A model generated the notes under the pieces. It worked only from the letters and a program-made list of their open reading frames with translations. It was not told where the DNA came from and did not search any database. The position numbers and the translations under genes were made by a program. Of a stretch of 55,844 nt of DNA, positions 35,814 to 45,800 are shown piece after piece. Source of the stretch: a virus. Its lineage: Duplodnaviria; Caudoviricetes. Every line of letters begins with the position of its first letter. Positions within the stretch are counted from its first letter, which is position 1. The stretch spans positions 1 through 55,844 of the IMG/VR virus record IMGVR_UViG_3300043446_000624. The stretch is one strand, 5' to 3'.

Positions 35814-37922
35814 ATGCCGTATGACTATGTAACAGGTGAGTGGTACGATGATGGTACTGATGACACGCCTGTACCTACGCCCACTCCAACCTACAACTGG
35901 TACGATGCTGGCTCAACCGACACAACTCCAACCACGACTACGCCAACAGTTGAGCACGGGTATTACTCCGAAGATACCGGAAAGTGGGTTGCCGATCCAA
36001 ATGGGCCGCTGCAGAGGCCGCTCACCAACGAGACTTCGGGCACAGGAGCCGTCGGTAACTACACCACCGTGCAACGGTTTGATGATGGCAGTACGCTCAT
36101 CATGGACAAAGATGGCAACGTCGTTGGTTCCACTCCCGCTACGGACTTTCTTACTGGAAAAGTAGACACTTACGAGCCAAGCATCAGCGACCAGATTAAA
36201 AATCTTGGTAGCACTGCCGTAAACGCAATCAAGGGCTATTTTCAAAAGAAAGATGCCCAAGGCAACCCCATCCCCGGCCAATACGACTGGGCAAAAATTG
36301 CCGGTGCGGGCGTGGCAATGTACGGTGCGTTGGGCGGTAGCAAGCCTCAACAAGGTGGCTGGCAGGGTTCTATCCCCAACCTTACCGCATCACGCGAACG
36401 AATTAACTACAACGACCCCAACCGCCGCCCCGGCGCACAAGGCCGTCAGTACTTCACTGATGTGAATTATTCAGGAGCTTCTACAGCTCCGCAGGCTCAA
36501 GGCATTCTCGCCAATTACACCCCGGCAGCTGCTCCCGCTTCCAAATGGAACGCTACAAACGCAGTTGCCACGCCCTGGAATAAACCTACTGTTGCGGCCC
36601 CCACTGCTGCCGCTCCCGCATTTATGACCCCTGAGCAAACACTTGCGGCAGCACGCCCTAAAGAAACAGCCCCCGCGCAGCAAGAAATTGTTCAAGCCGC
36701 TATGGGAGGTATCATGCCTCTTGCCAAGGGACGCTATCTCCAAGGCGCAACCGACGGTATGGCCGACAAGATAAATACATCAATTGACGGCAAACAGCCC
36801 GCACAGCTAAGTCACGGCGAGTTTGTGATCCCTGCTGACGTGGTATCCCACCTTGGTAACGGTAATAGTGACGCCGGGGCCAAAAAGCTGTACTCTATGA
36901 TGGACAAGGTGCGACAGGCTCGCACGGGGACCAAGAAGCAAGGCAAGCAGATCAATCCAGATAAATACATGCCCGGAGGCACTGTGAACAAATACGCTAA
37001 AGGCGGCATTGCTGCGCTTCCAACTAAAAAATTTGCAACGGGTGGTACTTCCGGCCCTGCAGCCGATACCACGACTACGTCCACTCTGTCCCCTTGGGCT
37101 GGTGACTACGTTGCTAACATGCTGGGCAGAGGTCAAGCTCTAGCTACCGCTCCGTATCAAGCCTATACGGGTCCGCTGACTGCGGGCGCATCTGACTTGC
37201 AACAGCAGCAATTTGCTGGAATTTCCAACTTGGCGCAGACAGGTTTGGCCCCCACGCAATACAGCACCGGTACGTTTGGTACGCCGCAAGCTCAACAGTA
37301 CATGAACCCGTACCTGATGACCGCGTTGAATCCTCAGCTGGATGAGATGAAACGCCGTTCGCAGATCAACCTGCAACCTGACTTGGCAAAACTGACTCAA
37401 GCCGGCGGCTATGGCGGCGGGCGTCAGGCTATCATGATGAGCGAAGCTAACCGCAATTTGTTATCCGAACAAGATAAAGCTGTGGGTCAAGGCTACGCCA
37501 CCGCATATGACAAGGCTATGGGTCAGTTCAATGCAGACCAACAACGCGCCTTGCAAGCTCAACAGTTTCAGCAGGCCGCTAACGAGGCGTCGGCTAACTA
37601 CGGACTCAAGTCTCTTGACGCTTTGGGTCAGGCGGGTCAAACGCAACGTGGCATTGAGTCTGAAGGACTTGCCGCAGACAAGGCTCAGTTTGAAGAGCAG
37701 CGCGACTATCCGTACAAGATGGTCCAATACCAGCAGGGTCTACTCCAAGGCTTGCCGATCTCGACGCAGAGCAACAACACGAATATGTCCACCATTACAA
37801 ACTTGCTGGCAAGTCTGGGTTATGGGCAACAATTCACTAACTTGCTAAACGGCCTGCCCGCTGACGGTAAAACTACAACATCCCCCGGAGCGACCGCCAC
37901 TAAATCCGCTGGAGTGACCTAA
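35814..37922 (+). CDS. internal virion/ejection protein 2 (SHGEFV domain plus Gln-rich DNA-transfer-like domain)
   Basis: GATDGMAD...LSHGEFVIPADVV domain; GG-rich linker; YMNPY...AGGYGGGRQA domain. Confidence 0.75.
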   Translation: MPYDYVTGEWYDDGTDDTPVPTPTPTYNWYDAGSTDTTPTTTTPTVEHGYYSEDTGKWVADPNGPLQRPLTNETSGTGAVGNYTTVQRFDDGSTLIMDKDGNVVGSTPATDFLTGKVDTYEPSISDQIKNLGSTAVNAIKGYFQKKDAQGNPIPGQYDWAKIAGAGVAMYGALGGSKPQQGGWQGSIPNLTASRERINYNDPNRRPGAQGRQYFTDVNYSGASTAPQAQGILANYTPAAAPASKWNATNAVATPWNKPTVAAPTAAAPAFMTPEQTLAAARPKETAPAQQEIVQAAMGGIMPLAKGRYLQGATDGMADKINTSIDGKQPAQLSHGEFVIPADVVSHLGNGNSDAGAKKLYSMMDKVRQARTGTKKQGKQINPDKYMPGGTVNKYAKGGIAALPTKKFATGGTSGPAADTTTTSTLSPWAGDYVANMLGRGQALATAPYQAYTGPLTAGASDLQQQQFAGISNLAQTGLAPTQYSTGTFGTPQAQQYMNPYLMTALNPQLDEMKRRSQINLQPDLAKLTQAGGYGGGRQAIMMSEANRNLLSEQDKAVGQGYATAYDKAMGQFNADQQRALQAQQFQQAANEASANYGLKSLDALGQAGQTQRGIESEGLAADKAQFEEQRDYPYKMVQYQQGLLQGLPISTQSNNTNMSTITNLLASLGYGQQFTNLLNGLPADGKTTTSPGATATKSAGVT

Positions 37923-37923
37923 G

Positions 37924-39882
37924 ATGCAAACAAATTACGATCGTCAAGCCAAACTAGCGCAGTCAGCTGGTTTGCCCCAGCTTCAGGCGTTGTCCCAAGG
38001 GGCTAATCCTCGTCAAGTACGACCGTTTGTTGCTCTTGGTGAACTCAATGCGCGTATGGCCCAGATGCAGTCCGACAAGATGTTGCAAGGTGCAGCGCCT
38101 CCAGGGTCTATGCCGACTCTGCGGGAGAAAATTGAACAGTCTCTTCAACAGCTAAAAGCGCAAGCGGCACAACAACAAGCTGCGCAACAGGCTCAACAGC
38201 AGGCCCCCGGTATGTTTCAAGTGCCTGAAGGCACTCCTACGCCGCAGATGCAGCCCCAAGCTGAAGAGATGGCGCAGGCTCCCGCCGATGACGCAATGCA
38301 GATGTATTCTGGTGGCGTGGCTCGTTTGCCCGTAGAGGATCGGATGTTTGGTTACGCCAACGGCGGCATTATTTCGTTCTTTGACGGCAAACGTCCTGAA
38401 GACAAAAAAGATTACGAAGGGCCAACTGACGCGGACATTCAAGAGCAACTAGATCGTCTAGACCGGGAAGCCGGGGTTGTAAGGGATGAAAACGGTCGGC
38501 CCGTAAGAAGAGCCGCTCCTGCCCCTGCGCCAAAAGAAGAAGCTACATCTTTAGCTGGTGACGTTGGTCGAACCGTCGGTCAAGGGATCATGTCCGCAGC
38601 GGGAGCAGTTGGCGATTGGTGGTCAGATTTGACCCGTAAAGGCGAGTTGAACCGCGAACGCTTGCAGCAAGTCCCGGGGTTATTTGAAGAACTTACACCG
38701 TCCCAACGTGCGGCACGCATGGCCCGCATGAAAGAGCTTGGTCAGCAGATGGATAGCGTTTCATCGCCGACGCCTACTGCAGCACCTGCACCTGCCCCCG
38801 CTCCAAAACCTGTCGTTGGTGTAAGTCCAGATCAAGCTGCGGCAGCTCGGGCAAGCTTTGCGGCGACTGATCCCCGTCGAGTGGGGATTGCGACTCCTCC
38901 ACCCAGCAAAGTTGTTCCTCCCACGACAAACGCTCCCGTAAATGCTGGCGATGCAGGCGGGGCTGGTGGTGGCGCATCTACAATGGATGATCTAAGAAAG
39001 ACTTTGATTGAAACCCTTAAGCTACCAGGGTACAAGCCTTCTACACCCAAGTCCGTTGAAGAGCTGGATAGAGAAAAGCAAACCTTTGTGGATAAACAGC
39101 CAACCTCTGCGGAAGCTCAGGCGCTGATGAAGCACTACGATGCAATGGCTAAACGCTACGCCGCTAATGACGAAGCAGAAAAAGCCCAGCAAGCACGGAA
39201 CGCTAGTAACAATCTGGCAACGTTTCTAATGAACACGCGTGGCGGCAGTCTTGGAATTGCTGCTGGTAAAGCAAACGCGGCTCTTCAGCCGTTGCTTGCG
39301 GATCAAGAAACCCGACGTCAGACCTTCCAGAAATTGCGCGATGAACAAGAGATGCTTCTTGGCAAGTCTCGTTATGAGCTTGCTCAAGCGGAACGCGCAC
39401 GCAAGGAAGGCCGCTTTGACGACGCCCGCAAGCACCAGCTGGAAGTCCAAAAGGCGGAAACCGAGATTGCCAAGATTGAAGAACAGCGTCGTGGTCACGT
39501 TTTGACTGGTGGTGTTGGTCTGTTGAATGCTGAGGAGCAAAAACGGTATCACAACATTTTGGCTGGGCAAAACGCAGAAACCAAAAGAGAAAATCAGCGC
39601 CGCTTTGACCTTCAGATGGGTCAAAGACAAGACGAACTGGATGAGCGTATCCGTAATAACAAATTAAACAATCAGCGATTGCTGAGAGACCTTAACAAAA
39701 ACATCGACGCCGCAAGAGTGAAGCTGTCTAGGCTGCCCAAGGATTCCAAAGAACTCGCCCCCATGCGAGAAGAACAGGAAGCTCTGATCCGTGGCTGGCA
39801 AGAAGAAAAACAGATGCTGCTTGATGAAATTAATAGGCCAACCGGGTATGATCCATCCAAGGTCCGAAAAGTCGGGAACTAA
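37924..39882 (+). CDS. internal virion/ejection protein 3 (coiled coil)
   Basis: Gln/Pro-rich N-terminus with MYSGG and YANGG; long coiled coil. Confidence 0.72.
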   Translation: MQTNYDRQAKLAQSAGLPQLQALSQGANPRQVRPFVALGELNARMAQMQSDKMLQGAAPPGSMPTLREKIEQSLQQLKAQAAQQQAAQQAQQQAPGMFQVPEGTPTPQMQPQAEEMAQAPADDAMQMYSGGVARLPVEDRMFGYANGGIISFFDGKRPEDKKDYEGPTDADIQEQLDRLDREAGVVRDENGRPVRRAAPAPAPKEEATSLAGDVGRTVGQGIMSAAGAVGDWWSDLTRKGELNRERLQQVPGLFEELTPSQRAARMARMKELGQQMDSVSSPTPTAAPAPAPAPKPVVGVSPDQAAAARASFAATDPRRVGIATPPPSKVVPPTTNAPVNAGDAGGAGGGASTMDDLRKTLIETLKLPGYKPSTPKSVEELDREKQTFVDKQPTSAEAQALMKHYDAMAKRYAANDEAEKAQQARNASNNLATFLMNTRGGSLGIAAGKANAALQPLLADQETRRQTFQKLRDEQEMLLGKSRYELAQAERARKEGRFDDARKHQLEVQKAETEIAKIEEQRRGHVLTGGVGLLNAEEQKRYHNILAGQNAETKRENQRRFDLQMGQRQDELDERIRNNKLNNQRLLRDLNKNIDAARVKLSRLPKDSKELAPMREEQEALIRGWQEEKQMLLDEINRPTGYDPSKVRKVGN

Positions 39883-39885
39883 TCC

Positions 39886-42800
39886 ATGCCTAAGTTTGAA
39901 GTCGAGCTGCCTTCTGGCAAGTACGAGGTTGATGCCCCAAACGAAAGAAAGGCGTGGGAGTATGCGAACTATTACGCCAAGGCCGACTCAAAGCCTGCTC
40001 CCGTAGCTCAGCCTGCTCCCCCTCCCGCCGCGCCGCCACTGCCGGAACGGTCGTGGGGTGAGGCCGCTAAAGACGTCGGCGCAAGCGCCATATCAGGTAT
40101 TGGTTCACTTGTACAACTTCCTGGGCAACTGTACGGTCTAGCTACCGGCAACTTCAACAAGACTGGCGCGTTGGGTCTTGGCGAAGACATTCAAAAGTTT
40201 GGCGAAGAAATGAAGTCTCCGGGCCTGAAAGCCCGTGAAACTGCGCGTGACGTCGCCGTGCAGAACGCTGAAAAAGAAGGTCAGTGGGAAGCATTCAAGA
40301 CCGCCGTTGGGCAGACTGTTTCTGATCCCGCCCTGCTATTCTCTTTCCTATCCGAACAAGCCCCGCAGATGATCCCAGCGGTCATTACTGGCGGCGGCAC
40401 AGCCGCGCTTGCGGCGTCCAACGTCATGGCAAAAGCTGCCGCACGGGGGATTTCCAAGGAAGCCGCAGAAAAGGTTGCGCAAAAAGCCGCAATCAAGGCT
40501 GGTACGACGGCTGGTGTCCAGACGGGTGCAGTACAGCAGGGTGCAGACATTGGCGCTGGCGCGTACGACATGATCTACAAGGAGCTGACGAATCAGGGCA
40601 TGTCTCCTGAACAAGCGGCTTCTGAAACACTCAACCGTGCGCGTGCCGCTGGTGTGTCTGGCTATGCCCTGTCTTTGATAGCGCAGAAGCTGCCCGGTGG
40701 TCAAGCTATGGAACGCATTCTGGCTGGCGAGCGCATGGCTGGTCGCGGTATCCTTCCCCGCCTTGGAACTGGTCTCGCAACCGGGGCCAAAGAGATTCCC
40801 AGCGAGATGCTGGAAGAGACTGGCGGACGGTTCACCCAAAACTTGGCGCTACGCGATGTCAAACCTGACCAAAGCCTGACTGAAGGCTTGGGACAGACCG
40901 CCGCTATGGCCGCACTTGGCGGCGCTGGCATGGGTGGAGTGACGGGCGCATTGGGACGCCGTGCGGCTCCTCCTGTACCTCCCACCACTACAGAAGAAGA
41001 GAAACCGGAAACCCCAACAACGGACGCCACGGCTCCAGTAACCCCACCTTCAACGCCGCCCGCTGCGCCGCGCGTGGTCCCGGATAAATTTGAAGAAATT
41101 ACGGATCAGGAAGCTCAAGACTTAGCCAAGCAAGAAGTTAAGACTACGGCTCCCACTGGCAGTTTGGCTGAACTTAAACAGCAAATTAATGAGCTAGAGA
41201 CTAAGGTCAACAATCGTAAGATTGAAATTGCCAACATGGTTGCGGCAGGGGAACAGCCACGCCCCAAGAATAAGCTATCTAACTACATCAATGCTAATAA
41301 ACGAGACGAAGCAGACCTTGAAGCTAAGCGCGGAGCGCTTGCCAAGAGGGTTGAAGCAGGAGAAACAGATGTTGTCGAACCTAAGTCAGAAGCAGGTGGA
41401 ACAGGCGCTGAAGTACTTACACGACCCGGTACTGACGACACCGCCGCCGCAGGAGCTGGAACACTTAAACCAAGCGGAGTGGTTTCTCCTGGACAAGATG
41501 CTACAACAACTGCTAAAGGAACGGGACAGCCAGCCGCTCCAGTAACGGAAACCAAGCCTGTCGAAGAAACAAAACCCGTTGCCCCCGTAGCAGAAGCCTC
41601 GCCCGCCGCACCTGTTGCACCCGCGCGTGACGAACTATATGACCAAGTCACCAAAGGTTTGGCGGACAACACGATGCGCCCCAGCGTATCTAGCCTGAAG
41701 AAGACGCTAAAGATTGGGGATGCGCGAGCCAACAAGATTCTGGATGAACTTGAGAAAAACAATGTTGTAACCGCCAAAGATGCCAAAGGTCTGCGTTCAG
41801 TCGTGGGGCAGGAAAAACCTGCGCCTGCTGTCGCACCCGCTAAGCCCGTCGCGCCCGCCAAAGAATTGACGATGGCCGACTTCATGAGCGAAGAAGAATT
41901 AAACGACGTCTTCTCCGAGTTTGAAGATAAAGGCGACAAGCCCTTGGCGTCGCGCGGCCCGCTCAAGGCAGAGGCAGTTACTGATCCCAAGTTGCAACAG
42001 TTGTACAAAGCTGCGCAGCAAGTCGGTATTAGTCCTGTTCCGGGCGAAACGCCTCAGCAGTTGGTTGCCCGTGTGCGCCGTGAGCAGAAGTTCCGTCAGG
42101 AAAACGAAGTCGAGAAAGTGATGACTGAAGGCCCGCTCAAGGGCACAAAGTACACCCAGTTGACTACGCCGCCTTCCGCTGTCCCATTGCAAGAACTTGC
42201 AGGTCAAGGCATTCAGCCCACCAAAAAGCAAGGGCGCGCCCGAAGCGTAATCCCTCAGAACAAGCGCGAACTCTACGAAGAGATGGCGGAAGAGTTCAAT
42301 GCGCAATTGGAAGCTGACATTGCAAAACAGGGCGGCGAAAAAGAAGAGGAAGTCGAAGCGGCCCCCAAAAAGGGTGAAGTTGAAGAAGTCAAAGCAAGCA
42401 CAACGCGTGACTCAGACGAAAAATTGCCCGACTTTGACAGACTGACTGACGACGAAGTTGAAGAATACTTTGATCGCATTAAAGATAATACGTGGGCTGA
42501 GCACACTGACGCCGCACAAGAACTGTCAACGTATATTGCGGGCAAAAGAAAAAACCTAGGTTTTGCTGGGCGTCGCGCAGTTGCCGGAGCTAAAAAGCGT
42601 GGTGTTACTGACGAAGCGCAATTGGAAGCCGCTCGTGAACGCGCAAAAGAACGTGAAGCCGCAGAGCAAAAAGCCGCTCGTGAATACAACCGCCAACGCG
42701 GTCCCATGTCTGACAAGACGGGGTTGGCATATACGTTCCCGCTCTGGGGTGATCTGTCTCCCGAAGCACAAGACCTGTACATTGCCACAATTGGCGACAA

Positions 42801-45800
42801 CAGCGCCATAAATCAGTACGAGACGTTTGGGTTGCTAAAACGTCAGATCCAAGCTGAGCTGCTTGCCAAGAGCAAGAGCGAAGGGTCCCTTGCTGCAATT
42901 AACGAACAGATTCGCATTGCTTTGCAGGAAGAAGATCGTAAGCGCAAACGTGATAGCCGCGCAAAAAGTGGGCGCCTGCCAAAAAATATTCAGGACAAGA
43001 TGTTCTCTGGCGACCTTCAGGGGTTGCTTGACTATTTCAGGGACGGCGCGCAATCTTTTGCGGAACAGATTGGAAAGCCTTTCCAATGGATGACCGGCAC
43101 TGGGATTAGTTTGCCGCGTACAGCACGCGAAGGTATTTACAAGGCTGTCTACCAGAATCTGGCCACTGAGTTAGCGTCTTTGCCCGACTTTAAGGTCAAT
43201 ATTGTGTTTGACCCAAACCTCAACAAGTCTGAGGTGGCGGTATATAACTACAAAACCAACACTATTTATGTCGGGCCAAATGGGTTAACCCAAGGCGCAA
43301 TCTTGCACGAGCTGACACACGCAGCAACAGTCAAGATCATTCATGCGTACTACACCCATTTACATGAACACATCGTTAAAGAAGATATAACGCCTCGCGC
43401 TCGCCGCGCATGTAACCAACTGCTGAACATCATGCTTTTGGCTGAGCCTAAACTGAAGTCTAAAGAAGACGGCAGATACGCTCGCGCGTTTGACAACTTG
43501 TATGAGTTCGTTGCGTACGCAATGACCGATCCCGATTTCCAGCGTGAATTGGCCCAGATGCAGTCGCCAAGCATTGCTAGAGCCACAGACCGTGATGTCA
43601 ATCTTGAAAAAGCTGGCAGAACCGGTGATAAATCTGTAGGCGATAACTTGTGGGGATACTTTGTCAATACGTTGGCGCATCTGTATCGTCTGTTCCGTCC
43701 ATTGTTAGAAAACAAAAAGTACGCTGCTCCAGTTGACCGTCAAATGAAGGTCAAGTCTGGAAGATACCAAAACGTTAAGACAACCATAACTAAATACGAC
43801 CGGGACGAAGGATTCCACGGGTACAAATACGAAGACTCTAAGGAAGAAGCGCGTCGCAAGTACGACGCCTTTATGAACAAGCTTCGTGAACTGCGTAAAC
43901 CACAAGCGGAGCGTGAAGCAAAAGCGGAAGAAGTCACGGAAGAAACCACCGAAGACGACCGCATACTAGAAAAAGCAACCGAAGAAAAGAAGCTTGAGCT
44001 TACCCCCGAGTTGGAAGCGCGGATTGCGGCGTTTGAACTTGAAAAGCAACGTTTGCTAGAAGAAGACAAACAGGCTTACGACGAAAACATTTCCCAGCTG
44101 TTCAATGACATTGAAGCGGAAACCGAGCTTGCCGACATTGAAACAGAAAAACAACAAACCAAAAAAGAAAAAAGAAAAGACGACAAAAAGTTCCAGAAAG
44201 AGCTTATTGATCTGCCTGAACACGGCATCAAGAACCTTGAAGTCCTGACTCTAAGCGAGCCGGGATACCGTGGTAACTTCCTGTTGGAAGCAGCTGCTGC
44301 GTTTGAAGGTATTCTGGCTGTCCCAAATCCTGAAGGTATGCCTGAGCTTGCCGGACTCGACCGTGCCGACATTGATAGAAGCCCTCTTCTCGCTATGACC
44401 GCGCCGCAGACCAAGCAAGCTGAGAAAAAGCAAGAGGATGTGTCGTTTGACCAAGCGGTGGAAAAACAAAAAGAGCGCCTGCCCAAGAAGCCCGGCATCG
44501 GTGCGGTACGCAAACTGTTCACAACTTCGGCTGGGCGTCGGCAGTTGGCTACGGCATGGCAAAACGACCGCTATGCGATCAAGTTCTGGGAAGACTCACT
44601 TGAGCGTGCTGGCAAGATTTTCTATGCTGGCAAAGACAAGATGAACAACATCTACACCCAGATTGCTTTGTCTGCGGCGCGTGCCAAAGACATCTATCTG
44701 ACCAAGGTGGAAACTCCCGCAGCTGAACTGCGCAGCGCTATCGGCAAATTTGCTGAGGGTATGAACCTGTCTGTAGAGGACGCGCTGAGCCATTTGCAGG
44801 TATACGCTATTGGGTTGCACGAGCCTGAGCGCCGCGAAGCTAAGTTCCTGTTGAACGTGCCATTGAACGATAAAGTCAAGATCAAGTTTGACGGCAAGGC
44901 AATGACTCCCGCCGATGTGCGGCAGTACATCCTAGATGAGTTCATCTTAAACGGCACTGCTAACAAACAAGAAGCCGCGCAACTGAAAAAAGTTATGCGT
45001 TCGCTGGTGGATAAGTACAAAGACCCCGCTGGTTCTAGTCCTAGCGGTGAAAAGTCCATCGATGAATTTAGCGCAAACTACAACGTGATTGGTACGTACT
45101 CCCCCGCGTCGATCAAAGCTATCCAAGATCGGTACAAGAAGAACGAAAAGTTGCTCAAGCCCGTTTTTGATGCAATGCAGAAACTGCAAACCGTCACGGC
45201 TGAAATGAACCGCGATGCCAACTATTGGTCTAAGCCGGTCGAATCATTGGTGAACTTCTACGGATGGAATCACTACGTGCCGTTCAAGGGTAAAGCGGAA
45301 GCCGCGACTGGCAAGCTGGACTATCTGTTGGACTTTGATAGCGAACGCCTAGGCAAAGAACTGCAAGACGCGCCGCATTCGTTTGAAGGTCGTGTTAGTG
45401 AATCTGACAACTCCATCGTCCAGACAATGACTGACGCTACGCGTGCCGCAATGCGCGCTGGGCGGGCTGACCTGACGCTTGCAATCAAAAATGCTTTGGA
45501 CCAAAAACTTCTACGTGGTGCGCCGGTCAAAACTATTCCGTTCAAGGATCGCTACAACGCTGGCATTGACGAAGAAAAGAAACGCGCCACGATCTTCCAT
45601 TACAACGAAGACGGTAGTGTGGATGTTCTGTATATTCAAGATCGTTCGCAACTGGAAGCTATCCGTCGCACGTACCAGCAGTCCAATCCGATGATTGATA
45701 TGCTTAACGGCTTCACCAGCAAGATCGGACAAGTTCACACTCGGTACAACTTTGCTTTTGCTCCGATGAACTATTTCCGCGATATGTTGACCAACGCGTT

